Shown: piece after piece, positions 1 to 14,100 of the stretch
How positions within the stretch are numbered: position 1 is the stretch's first letter
Layout of the letters: every line of letters begins with the position of its first letter
Assembly: GCF_030684315.1 (NCBI RefSeq)
Contig: NC_081360.1
Span: forward strand, 43,967,424-44,031,423
Reading direction: 5' to 3'
DNA: 64,000 nt
Source of the DNA: Stegostoma tigrinum
Taxonomy: Eukaryota
Position numbers and translations under genes: made by a program
Notes under the pieces: model-generated
Seen by the model: the letters and a program-made list of their open reading frames with translations, nothing else
Told to the model about the DNA's origin: nothing
Databases searched by the model: none

Positions 1-21
1 TTCTCTCTGTCTCTCTAACAG

Positions 22-213
22 ACACATGAAGGTGGTGTTAGGGATTTGCTGCTTGAAGCTGACAGAACAGCAGAGGCCCATAAAAACCAAAGTCAACTCT
101 ATGATGAGATGGGAAGAACTCTGGGAGTTAATTGGACAACTCTCAATCAATTGCTTGAAAATCGAAAGAGACTTTTAAAAATGGCCTCCGAATTCTTTGA
201 TCAAGCTTTAGAG
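22..213 (+). CDS. CCDC141: CCDC141 window exon 1 ([18 protein letters not shown]...[10 protein letters not shown])
   Basis: Pyrimidine tract plus aacAG acceptor (20-21); 192 nt open; donor GAG|gtcagt; phase 0/0. Confidence 0.9.
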
Positions 214-3200
214 GTCAGTAATTAACAAAGAAAAAGTGATTACAAAATACAACAGCAGTTTAAACTAATCTTGGAATTAAAGATCTTACAGTGAATTTTG
301 ATAGTGCTGTGTGGTCTTTTAATTAACACAGCAGTTGCAAAGTTGATTCTATTCCTAAGAAATGTATATTTTTTAGTTTGCTATAAAAATTGATGAAGCT
401 GAAGAATTTCTGAACAGTGCCCAAGTATTTGAGGATATGGATTCCTTGAAGCAACTCCTTCATCAGCATCAGGATCTTAAGAAAGGCAAGTACTTCAGCC
501 AAATGTATCATGAGTATTTGTAACTGGGAACTTGAACAGAAAATTATCTTAAGTCTTTTACCCTGACTCTCTGAAACAATGCCCTTTGCGTTATTTTTAG
601 TTTGGGCAGTATCCTAGATAGGGATGAGTAACAAAACCTGTTAATATTTACAGTACGGCTGTGATACTGGTGCCAAATTGTTTCATTTCATGCCAACAGT
701 TATAAGGTAATTGCAGTTTTAAATCCAGATTCAGCACTAGAAATTGACACTAGACTTCTGGAAGAAGAGGTCCTGACTTCACTTAATTCCAAGTCTATTT
801 GGAACCTTCACACCCAATTTACACTGCACACCTTTATTGCTGTTTTTCAGCTATTCAATAAAACTTCCACCTTACCTTGGGTTTTTGCCATTTCAACTTG
901 TCTAACATAAGTAAATGTGACCTTGAGCCTTACCATTTCTAGTCTTGCCATTTGTTCAACTTCTCAAAAAATATAGTCTTGCTTCAGGCCAACACTGAGT
1001 CAAAACCATTTGGGATTTGACTGATAGTGTGATCTACAGTAACCTACTTCCTACATTTTCTCTCATATTTACTTGATCCCGCAGAGAAAATTAATAAACG
1101 CATGTCTGGATTCAATGGTGTAGACAATAGTTTAGCAATAGATTACAATTCAAATTACATTTTAATTTGATTGCAGCATTTGTGTGAGTGGCGTGCAGCT
1201 GTATAATTGCCAAGTAGATAGAATGTGCAGCCAGCATAACTGCTTTCTCGGGTAAAGGAACATTGAACAAGTGAGAATAAAATAGTTGATGGAAGCTAAC
1301 TGCTTTTTGCAGAATCTCAGAATTGTTGCAGCGCAGGAGTCCAATCGACATATTGTGTCAGCTTGGCTCTTTGAGGGGTGCCAAACCCTTGACTTTACCT
1401 TTTAACACTGTATATTCTTTCTTTTCAGATAATTAGCCGATTCCCTCTTGATGCCTCAAATGAACCTGCCTGCAGCGCATGTTCAGGCAATGTACTCCAG
1501 ACCTTTAGTACTTACTGTGTGAAAAGGTTCTGGTTGTTTTTCCTTTGCTACTTTTGCCAAATATCTTAAACCTATACCATTTGGTTTTTGATCCTTTCAC
1601 TGGGAAGTTATTCTCCCTATCTACATTATCTAGGCTGCCCGTGATTTTGAATGCCTCTATTAAAACTCTGTATCTCCTACAAACTGAACAGTCTATCTAC
1701 ATAACTGAAATTGCTTATTCCTGCAACTTGTTAACTAATCTTTTCTGCACTCTCTCTAATGCTTTCACATCTTTCTGATAGTATGGTGCTTAGAACAAAA
1801 TAAAACATTCCAGTTGAGGCCAAAACAGTTAATTTGAGGAGGCTGAGTAAGAATTTCTGAATGGTCATCTTGGTCTGTTCATACATTAGAAGTCAATTTT
1901 TTCCAAGTTATTTTGATGCCTTTGTATCTACATATAATAACCATTGATAATTTCTGATTGCTAGTAAGCCCAGCAGCAAGGCCTTAGCTGTGATTGCGTC
2001 CTATTTGTGACTTGCCAGTTTAGTACTGAACTAGAGAAAAAGGTGACAAACAGAGAGCAGAGATTGATTTACATAGTAAGAGATTATTGGACCTAGCACC
2101 AAATATCCACTGTTTCAATCCCAGAATTGATTTTATTACTTGAATATAATGTATTAGTTCTGTTGCAGTTAAAGTGTTTTTAACATTTGACATTTAAGCA
2201 TTGGGGTGGTGGGGGGTGCAGTGGTGGTGACGGTGGTTAAAGGTAAGTGGATGCCAGTTCCAACATAGAAAAATGTTTTAGTGACTTACAGATAAAGGCT
2301 GATGGTAATAAAGAATGTGATTCCATCTACATCATCCCGCTTATTAAGTGAAAGTTACTTTAGAGGAATTTTTTTCAAAATGTTGAATTTAGGTTACTTC
2401 AAAGAATAGAGAAAGACAAGAAATAAGCAATATTAGAAATTGAGGGAATGCTGATTAAGAGAAGGTAGAATATCTCAAAACGTGCTTGACATTTTCTCCA
2501 AACAATCATCAGATAAAATGCTCTCTGAGGAAATATATTTTTCAAAAAGGAGAAGAGATGAAGAACGAACAATTAACTATAAGCCGGTTAGCTTGACATC
2601 TTGTGATTGAAAAAATGATGGAGTTTATAGTAAAGGATACAATTGCAGAGCATTTAAAACTTTATAAGCAAACAGAGTTAGCATGGCATCATGAAGGGGA
2701 AATACTGCCTGACAATTTTATTAGAATTCTCTGAGGAGTTATCAAACAGTATAGATAAAAGGAAATAGAAGATGTAAAGTAAAATAATGCACACTTAATG
2801 AGAAAAATGCTGTATTGGAGGCACTTTATGAGCAGAGAGAGAGGACTGACCACCAAAAGAAAACAGAGACTTGGAATGAGGGAAGCTATGTCAGGCTAGC
2901 AACCTATGACTAATAGAGTCACATAGGGCTCAGTGCTGGGGCCAGAAAAAAATTGGAGATGATACAAGAAAAGGTACGAGAATGATGCAGTGAGTCTGCA
3001 GAGAGATATAGATAGGTTAAGCAAGTGGGCAAAAATTGGGAAAGTGGGAAATAAAGTGGGTAAATGAGTTTGTCCATTTTGGCAGGAGGAATAGAGAATT
3101 AAATCTAATTTAAACTGAGAAAGCCTGCAGAAAGCTGCAGCAAAGAGGAATTTTGAAGTCCTCATGCTTAATCACAAAAAGCTGGCTTCCAATTTCAGCG

Positions 3201-6200
3201 AGTAAAAAGAGAAGGCACATGGAATGTCACCCTTCAAAGGGAATGGAGTGTAAACATAGGGGAATCTTGCTAAAACTATAGAAGGTGCTAGTTATGTCAC
3301 ACCTGGAATAATGTGATCAGTTTTGATTTGCTTTTATCTAAGAAAAGATATACTGACATTGTCAGCAGCCCAGAAAAGAACTGAGGAGAGATTTGACTTG
3401 TACTCATTAGAATTTAAAAGAATGTGAGACAACCTTATTGAAAGAGACAAGGTTCTTTGGGAGCTTGACAGCATAGTTGTGGAGAGGTTGTTTCACCTTG
3501 TGGGAGAAAATTGGACCAGAGGGGATAACCTCAGAGTAAGGGATCATATGTTTAGAACAGAAATGAGGAGAAATGTCTTCTCTTAGAGATTGTGTCTAAT
3601 TATTTATCTCAGAGAGCTATCGAGGCTGGGTCATTAATTATATTGAAGGCTGAGACAGATTTTATACAATAAGGGAATCTACAGTTATGGGAAAATGATA
3701 GGAAAGTAGATTTGAGGGCTATCAGATCAACCATGATCTCACTGAATGGCAGGGCAAACTTGTTGGTCTGAAGGAACTACTTCTGCTTCTAATACTTATG
3801 GTCTAAGTCTTGGACTAAGTGTGGAACTTGAATGAATTCCGAACAGTTGATTTTGTTTCAGTCCTTTTAACAAGCTCAATGGTCCTTCTCAACAAAAGTC
3901 AAGAACTCCTCAATGTAATCAAAGAGTTCAAAGTCCCTGGGCCGAAAATACATTCTGAACTAACTCATGGGGCTCACAGCAGCTGTGTAAAGATTGAAAG
4001 TCTAATGGAGCTCCTGCAGGACAGGAGGAGACAGCTAGAAGAGCAATCGTATCGTCAAAGGCTGGACCTGGAGCAAATTTTACAGATCTATCAATGGGAC
4101 CAGCAGGTAGATAAGGTACGGACCAAATCTGTGTTATTACCATGAAAATAATGGCTTTGAAATAATGGCATTCACCGGAGAAATAGCGTTATAATCTCAG
4201 AGAAAAACTGTTTGGTTGAGCACGTTACCTATGACCGTTTACTTTTGAAGAATACATAATACTGTCAAAGTAAAGATAGTGGCTAAGAATAGTCTTCAGT
4301 TTTATGCAATACAAGCTGATATCACAATACCAGCAAAAAAACCCATCTATGTTCATGTCCAGAGAATGTTTTTGTTTAAAATGCTGCCGTCATAACTTCA
4401 GTGAGAACTGGGCTTGACATCTTGTCAGAGTGATAAGAACAAACATTGACCTAGATCTTCTGGTTAGCAGCATACTGGGTGCACTGGCACTGACCACAAT
4501 ATTTTCTGTGCCCTGGTGGACCTACCCCTTTATAGTGGGACCTCCAATCCTGACTGAAGCAGAAATGGTGTCGTTTCTCCAAGGTAAGCCCAACGAGCTT
4601 AGCAGGATTGAAAGAAGGAGTGGAGATGGCCCTTTTACTAGCAGTCATATTAAGGTAGGTTTGTCAGGGTCTCAAGTTTTTTTGTGAATAATTTTGTTAG
4701 GGAATGGCTGTGTGCATGGGTGAGTGAATGATTCAGTGGGGGGGGGGTCATGAGTGAGTGATTGTGAAGGAATGAATTGGTGGGTAAATGGGTGAGGAGT
4801 GAGGAACTGGATGAGTCCTTCAGTAAGTGAATAAATTAGTGAGTGAACAGTCAGAGCCGTTGGTCAGACAAGCATGGTGTGTGGGTTCAAGGAGTATTAA
4901 TTTCAGATTGGAGGGTAGGAGACGGGGTATTGGTGAAAGAGAGGGTTCTGTTGGGAGCTTGCTCAGATTGCAGAGGTGATACGGATGGCTATGTGCGTGG
5001 GTGAGTGAATGATTCAGTGAGGGAGTGTGAGTGAGTGATTGTGAAGTGGATTCAGAGAGCGTTCATGAGAATTGTCCCAGGATTGAAGGCCTAACATGTG
5101 AAGAATATTTGAGGACTCTGGGTCTATACTTGATGGAGTTTAGAAGGATGAGGGGAGATCCAATTGAAACTCACAGAATACTGAATGGTCTGGACAGAGT
5201 GGATGTTGGGAAGATGTTTCCATTGGTCGGAGAGACTAGGGCCCAAGGGCACAGCCTTAGAGTAAAGGGAAGACCTTTTAGAACGGAGATAGGAAGAAAC
5301 GTCTTCAGCCAGAGAGTGGTGAGTCTATGGAATTCACTGTCGCAGAAGGCTGTGGAGGCCAGGTCATTGAGTATGTTTAAAATGGAGATAGATAGGTTCT
5401 TGATTGCCAAGGGGATCAAGGCTTACAGGGAGAAAGCGGGAGAATGGGTTTGAGGAACTTATCAGTCATGATTGAATGGTGGAGAAGACTAGATGGGCTG
5501 AATAGCCTCGTTTTTGCTCCTATGTCTTATGGTCTTATGGATGAGTGGTTGTGGTATTTGGTTCAGTTACACTTTCTAATGACTAAGTTAGACCAAACAG
5601 TAACAACATAACATTCTCAAGGTAAGTCCTGCATAAATAAAAACAGAAATAACTGCAGATGCTGTGAATCAGGAACAAAAACAAAGTTGCTAGAAAAGCT
5701 CAGCAGGTCTGGCAGCATCTGTGAAGGAAAAAAACAGAGTTAACGTTTCAGGTCCAGTGACCCTTTTCCTTCTCAGATGCTGCCAGACCTGCTGAGCTTT
5801 TCCAGCAACTTTGTTTTTGTAAGTGCTGCATATCTCAGTCTTGGACCCCGAAGCTGTTTAGGGGATCATGTGTGCAAGGCCCAAGGCTGTGTAAATCAAC
5901 CAAATGGAAGTTTAAACTACCCAGGAAATTATAGGGTATGTGCATATATCAGGATTTCTGCAGGATCTTCACAAATCTGATCCCAGCTCATTTTATTATG
6001 GACAGGTCAGAATCCAGACTGAAACCTGGTTTCATAGATCTTGTTTTGTTCTGCTTTTAATAGTGTGGCCTCTTGGTGAAACAAACACACAATAATGTTG
6101 CAGATTTTGTTTTAAAAATTAAAACAGAAGTTTACTAACCAAAAGATAGACAGTTAGAATGGATAAACCAAAATATTTACTCAACATTAATTTAAGATTT

Positions 6201-9200
6201 TTAAACACTGTAAAAGGATAATCCCATTAATCCCAATACATTTTCTTTATCATGTCCAAAACAATGCATCCCTAATACAGTAGCCAAATGCACCCTTGTA
6301 CAATGTTTTCCTAACACCTTGATAGGCTTAATGCAACTGTGACTATAACTCTTAACTGGAACACTGATAACCTTTGCCTGGAGCTACCAAATACCAAGAT
6401 TAAACTCAGCTTCATATAATTCGTGTAGTTTCTTCAGGGGCGTATCCCAACCCTTCTGGTTTGGCACTATAAATCTAATTTTATGATATCCTCTTCTTCT
6501 CAGGAGCACTGCTCTATATGCAAGCGTCTCCATCTAGTGATTTCACTGAACTGCCCAAAACAACATAAAACTCTTTAGTATCTCTATCTAATCTATGAGT
6601 ATTTCTTCTACGCTTAAAAAAAGCTCAGCCTAGAAATTCATACTGATCTTGTAATCAACTGCTTACATTTCTAAGACATGAAGCATCCTAATATTAACAT
6701 AAACCCTTTAATCTGCTAAAATTGCTATTTCAAACTCTTTTAAAAGAAATCACCATGGCTACTGAAATACGTATTAACTTCAGACATGAAGAAAACTTGT
6801 ATGTCACTCAACACAAAATAAAAACTCAAACTTAACATAGATGATATTAAAAATATAGATAATTCAGATAGATTATATCACTTTATGCAAACACAGATTT
6901 AAATCTAGATATTCATGCTCTAGACCTTGAAAGTTTTGAGCCAAAAGTTTCACATTTGGCTTTAACTGCCAACAGTGAGAGAACTTTTATTAAGTCACCT
7001 TGTTGGTTTCAATCCGGTTCCCAAAGTTTATGACTGCTTCAAAAACAAATTTAAATATGCTAATCTATTTTTAGTTTGTAGCGAAGAAAATACTGAAAAT
7101 AAGTGCATCATTTTTAAGATTTCATACATTTAGAATGACTATTATTCAGTTTTAATTTAACATCTTTCAATTATCAGCAAACCTATTGTTGTATCTTCTT
7201 GTAGTCTTATCGTGAAAGGAAGTTATAAAGTTAACTAAAATACAGTTATAGGCAGAAATTTAAATAATGCCAAATAAGATATAGTTTTTCAGTTTGTTCT
7301 ATTATTTCCTCTTTGAAATCAGGAGCATTAATATACTGAACATCACCTGCCAGCTGAATAAGCTTAATATTTTTATTCCAATGATTCACCATTAATAATC
7401 ATTTATTTATCTGCAAAAGGAACAACATAATTCAATAAGTTGCTAATTTTGTTTGGTATTCAAATGCTCGTATGCTTATGTCTAGGAATTGATAGAAGTG
7501 CTGAGAATGAAAATAGCATAGCTGCCCTCAGTTGTTGTACATTGTACTATGTCTTTCACAACTGACGTTTAATAATTACTCTGTTTTGGATGAAGGTGAA
7601 GCAATGGTTCCAGCACGATGGTGAGACATATTTACGGAATGAAAATTTAGGTTCATCCCTAACCGAAAGTGAATGGCTACTTCAGGAGCACCGTCGTGTT
7701 GGGTGCAAAGCCCAGGTAAGTGTGTATAAGATCCAATCCATACCATCGTTTTGATGAGAACAGTTACTGGAAGATAAGATTTTATGACTTTTTAGCCTCA
7801 GTTGCAAAAGAGGTGAAAACGATGTCACAGATATATGTCCTTGTAATTTCAAGTTGAACAATGCTTCTAGAATCCTGTTGAAAGAAGCTACTAATAAATG
7901 TTATGTTTCTTATATGATTTATTCGTAAGTGAGGTTAGCTCTGTTGGCTGGATGACTGGTTTGTAATGCAGTGAAGCCAACAATGTGGCTTCACTTCCTG
8001 CACTAGCCGAGGTTACTATCAAGGGCTCTGATTCTGAACCTCTTCCCCTCACCTGAGGTGTGGTGACCCTCCGGTTAAACCACCACCACTCATCTCTCTC
8101 TATAATGAAAGCACAACCCTGTGGTTTGGTAAGACTGTGGCGACTTTACATTTACCTTCCCATTTTGTAAGTGATTTATTTTGCAATGTAGTTTTTGCGT
8201 AATGGACAAAATGGAATTGATCACGAAATGGAGTTTATCTTAATGCTGCTCAAACTTAATCTGTACATTTGCTCACAGATTATATGCTTATTCACTCAAC
8301 ATAAACATTTCCACAAATGCAGGATAAATCAAGCAATGTATTATTTGGATTGAGGTGCAATCATATACAACTGCCCTTCCTGGTCTGCCATGGTCATGTG
8401 ATCCTTACCATGAGATTCCTATACTGGAGGTAGCCATTTTGCAAGTCCCTCAGTACAGAGATGGTAAAGGCTGTTCCGCTTCTTTCTGAGCATGGTGTCA
8501 GAAATGGAGCTGAGGTTAAGTTCTGAGGAACTGGAGGAAGAGTACAGCCACTGTCAGAAAGAAACAAGCAATATTCAGAGCTGTGAAAGCTGCTGCATAC
8601 AACTAAAATAATCTGAGAAAAGAACCCGGGAACAGGCTATAGATAATACATTGCATCAGAGACAATAGCGACAACTATTCCTCTCCCAACTTTCGTCAAA
8701 ATGAAAGGGATGTGAAGCAGAACTGGCAGTTTCTCCACACGTAAACACAGAATTACGGTATAGCAATAGATCTATTTAACAAGCTACAGCTGCTATGAGT
8801 AACTACAGTCCAATCATTGCTGGAAAGAGACTGTATTTGAATGTGTATCCCATTCAAAAATATCTGTGATGAATAGAAGAAACAGACTGCAGAAATATCA
8901 AAAGCCTTGAATTAAAGTCACCCCGGTTAATGTACTGCCTTTTTAACATACCCTCATTAACTCCTGATTTATTCTCTGTTCTACAGGCTTTATAGAGCAC
9001 TCCCATCAGTCACTTCCTCCCTTCATCTTTTCATACTTGCACCCATATAGATTCTGCATCACCCAATCCAAGATGATTTGTTGTTATGCCAGCTCGTACA
9101 AATTAAACTGCCCTACCCCCTTACCATTCCCTACCTACTTGTCCTTTTGACAAGTCACATAGCCCTGAATGTTTAGTTCTCATCTTTGATCTTGTAACCA

Positions 9201-11119
9201 TATCTCCACAATAGCTGTAAGTTCACACCCTTATTTGTGTCATTAATTTGTTTATTTTGTTCCAACTACTCTGAATATTTAAACCAAGAGCCATTAATTC
9301 TGCCCTTTTGCTATTTTATAACCATATGAGCCTAATGGCTGCTGGCGTCTTTGAAAATATTTCTCCCTTTTTCTGAATCTGTTGTTCTCATTTGACTAAG
9401 ACTATGTCCCTGTAGAATGCAAAGCCACATCCTTGCCACCATTAACACATTCTGGCTGATAATTGGCAGCCTGAGACTGTTACTTACATGGAGGCTGACT
9501 GCGTAATTCTGAGGCGCAGAGGGACCTTGCTGTTCTGGTGAATGAGTCCCAAAAAGTAGAGTCCAGCTGCAACACATATTCAAGATGGCTAATGGGATGT
9601 TATCCTTTAAAAAGAGAGGAATTAACATAAAAGTAATGATGAGGAGTAGCAACAGAATAAACATTTCTCTGTCCACCGATTTTACCATATCTGCCATGTA
9701 TTTTCATCAATTTCTGTTTTAGTTTCAAATTTCCAGCATCTGCAGTTCTTTGTTTTTTAAAAGTGATGATGTTATGCTTGAGTCAAACCGGAGCAATTCC
9801 TGAATACTACATACAACTTAGATCTCCTTATTTATAATAGGATGTAAATGTAGTGGAGACATTTCAAAGGAGTTTTAGTCAACTGGAATGAGGAAGTTGT
9901 CTGATGAGGATGGGTTGTACAGGCTGAACTTGTTTCTATAGGAGGTTAGAAGACTGAGAGGTGTCTTGAGTGAACTACATAAGATCCTGAATGGATTTTA
10001 TCAGGGGATGTGGAAAAGATGTTTCTTTCAGCGGGTCAGTCCAGAACAAATCGAAATACTCACCCACCCACCAGCACAGTAGTGAGGGGAATTTTTTTTC
10101 AGAGTTTTGCAACTTTGGAGATTTTTGTCTCCATGTGATGGAGGCTGTGTGATTGAACATTTTTAGGACAGATGCCTTCTTTTTAGGCAAAGGGATCCTG
10201 GGTTATCGGGGATGGTTAGGAAAATAGAAATTGAAACATCAACAGATCAGTCATTGTCTTTTTGGAAGGCCAAACCAGCTTGAGATGTCAAATCATCTAC
10301 TTCTGCTCCTATGTACATATGTGTTTTCAAATACACAGAGTTCAGTTAGACATATGAGTATGGTCACATATTAATTGAGAATTTTTCTCTCCCTTGCCAT
10401 CTGATGTTGAATATATTCCATTGATAAGTAGCATAAACATAGGATTCAAGGTGTGTATACCTTGTAAATCTCAAAATGGGATCATAATGCCTAATACTGC
10501 TATGTACTAGCCCCATAATTTATAAAATCAAAATTGAGAGTTGGAGTGATAGCTATTCAAAAAGAGAGTATATTTGATTCGCGTCATTTAAAAATACATT
10601 ACACTTTACATATGTGTTGAATTTCTTCAAGGCATACTTTACACATCATCTGAAAAATATTGCAGACAATCCTTTGTGAAACTGCCTTTTGGATGAGATA
10701 CAAGCTCACTCAGGACACTTTAAATAATATACAATTTAAATGGTTCCCATTTGTATCTGCCTGAATTAGATTGTATAAAATCTCACTTGGTTATATGGTT
10801 GTTCAGATTTGTTCCCACGGATGTTCTATGAGAACTTAGTAATTAGAACCTTAAACTTTTTTATTATAGGAATTCATGTCTGTAGCTGAAAAGTTAAAAG
10901 CTGAGGCTGATGAAATTTTGCTGATTGAAGACTTCACTGATAAAGAACAGATGGCAGTTCAAAATCAGAAACTGAAGCTGATGTGTGAGCAGTTCTGGCT
11001 ACTCATGAAGGAACGAGAATTATTGCTCCAAGAGGCCCATGAATTTTTTAATAGTGCAAATAAGGTTAGTTCCTAAACTACATCAGCATTGAAATTTTAC
11101 TACAAATTATTTTATACAC

Positions 11120-11151
<32 letters not shown>

Positions 11152-14100
11152 TAATCTATATCTTTCTGCACAGCATGTATTTTCTTAGTCTATCATCTTG
11201 AGTGAGGCTGAGATTCCCACTTAGAATTGAAAGAGGCATGCTGTAATAGCTGTTACTACCTCCTTCATAGTGCCTGACGTGGAAAACAAATATCATGCAT
11301 CTAAAATTATTGACATGATTAATGTATCATTCCTGGTGGGATGAGAGAATAATATGTTATTCTTTTCACCTTTGTGAAACACCTCTTCAAGTGTTGTGCT
11401 AGATTGTGGCATGCTACTTTATCTTCACCATGTCCTCCCTTGCTCTGTTTAGAATAAATGTGGAGTATTTCCCATTGTTATACAGGTTGAACAGATGTAG
11501 CTACTCCCCATGCCTCCTAAAATGCAGGACAGCTGGACACTACTTCAAGGAGGAGCCTTAGCCCTTAACAGGCTAAAGGTTGAGTTACACATTTTTCTTC
11601 TCAGGAGAGACATTTAGTTGTTGCAAATGTTCACTTTTGGACCTATTACAGGCATATACGAATCCAAAAACACACATGAACCATTGTGCAGTAGTTGTTC
11701 AAAATGACTTGGATTTGCATGTATTATTAGGTGGAATTTAAAATTTAAATTAAATGAGAAAGAAAACCTGGCCCATGTCAAATTTCACATCCCTCAATAA
11801 GATGATGCTACAGTCTGCATCTCCCAAGGGAGCTAGGACTCTTTTTATCATCCCCCAGAAAACCCCAGAATATGGACCCAGATCGCAAAGTTCTGTTGAG
11901 GCTTTTCTTCATGCTTTCACCAGGATGGAAGCAAGGGTTACAAACTTCAATAGAAACAACAAATTATACTGGATACAAGAAGCGAAAAAGGATGCGTGGC
12001 AAATCTCTCTGACGAAGTGCCTAGGCCCAAAACATCAGCTTTTGTGCTCCTGAGATGCTGCTTGGCCTGTTGTGTTCCTCCAGCTTCACACTTTATTATA
12101 TTGCGTGGCAAATGGATTGGTTCAGCTCTTACTGTGAGCATTAAGAAACACTTAGAGCTGTTTTGTGCCTGAACTAGGAATAATGCAGTCTTGATGCAAG
12201 GTGCCAGAAATGGAAGCAATTTTCTGTATATCCATAGACAAGAATTCTACACATTGATAAACATGAAAATACATAACAAATGACTCATTTCCTTAAAAGT
12301 GTATTGCAGTAGCTGCCTGACAAAGAGAATAAGCCTTAGGGTAGATAGGCAGGAGTTTTATTATGCGCATGTGTTTTGCATTGCAGGATTAGAAACAGAA
12401 GTTTAAATCTACTGATGCAATTTTAGAAGTACTGTGAGCTGTGAGTAGGTCGCAATGAACTTCAGGAGGGCAGAAGTAGGCTGTTGGATTGGGTTGTCAA
12501 GAGACAGATGGAGTTTAATGCAGTGAGATGTGATATGATTTGGTAAGAAAAAAGTGGAGAGGTAAGACAGAATAAGGGATACTGGTTTAAAGAGGTAGGG
12601 GCGGAGGTTCCAAGGGATGTGTCTGCCTGACCATTGGGGTGAAATTTCCTATATGTGTGAAAATCATTAAAAATGGCTGCACAGATTAAGAAAGCAATTA
12701 ATAAAACTAAAGGATCTTGGACTTTAAAATGGGGACATAGAATCCAAACACGAGACAGTTTTGAGAAGCCTGATGAACCATCACTGATGTAGTGTCTCTT
12801 GTTCGGAGTCCATGCAAAAGGAGGCATGTGAAGGCATTAAACAGTGTGCAGGAAACATTCAAGGAAATGGTTGTAGCAATGAAGAGATTCATTAGAGGAA
12901 GATGGGTATGTTGTTGGAGAAGAAATGATTAAGACAAGATTTGATAAAGGTGTTCAGACAGTGACAGAGTGAATGGGAAGAAACAATGCTCCTGGCAGTG
13001 CACAATCCAAAAGTAAAGGATGTCAATTTAGGGTGATTGCTACAAGAAGCAATAACAGATGAGGAAACTTTTATAACTCAGTGAGTGGTTGAGATCTGGA
13101 ATGTGCTTCCGGAGAATGTAGTGGAGGTGGCTTCAACCAAGGCTTTTGAAAGGAGATTGAAACATAATTTAAGGAGAAAGCATTTCCAGAATTTTGATGA
13201 AAAGGTGGGACATGGGACTAGATCTGAATGTCTTGCAGAGAGCTTGCACATGTGTAATAGATGGACTCCTGCACAATCAAACAAGCAAACTTGGATATTG
13301 TTTCTCTACTGCCATCTTGTGGATTTTCATTATAATTATTGAGTTAACAGATATGTGTACAGTGGTTTGCAATCTCATTACAGTGCATCTAGAAACGTTC
13401 CGACTTGGAAGAGTGTGTGATTTTTAATGCAAAATGAGTCCTTCACATAGCCTAATTTACAAGATTACATGATACTTGCAGATGAGAACAAATACTCAGC
13501 CAATTATAGTCCATCCTCTGAAAGAGCTGACAGTTGCATATAATTATATATAACCAATTCAAGGGTTATTTTCAGTACGACTCTATTTGAAAGTTGATCA
13601 TAAATGTTGATTGCTGCCTGCTTAGAGATAACTTTCCTGATACCTGTCCTAAAGTTTTGTTTTACTGTTTTCAATTTATGGTCCTTTACTTATAGACTCA
13701 CATGGTTTAAAATAGAATTTCAGGTTTACTTTTCCAATACCATTTACCATCTTGTATATCCTTTCATTATTCATCTTCAAATCACTTCCTTTTCAAACAA
13801 ACAAGCTCAAGCTTTCCCACTAGGAGGAAAAGGCAAATCAAAGCTGGATAGGCTGGGACTTTGTTCCGCTGGAATGTAGGAGCTTGAGAGTTAACTGTAT
13901 AGAGGTTTATAAAATGCTGAATGGTTTGTCCCTTTTCCCTTGGATGACGGGTTTCAGGAGGAGGGGATACGTTTTTAAGGTGAGAGGAGAGACATTTAAA
14001 AAGGACACGGGGACAAATTGTTTACACACAGGGCGGTTCGCGTGTGGAATGAAGTGGTGGGTGTGGGCACAGTTACAAGGTTTAAAAGACACTTGGATAA

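Noticed and set aside
5995-6880. Possible solo LTR
   Set aside because: Composition is suggestive, but termini and TSD could not be established.
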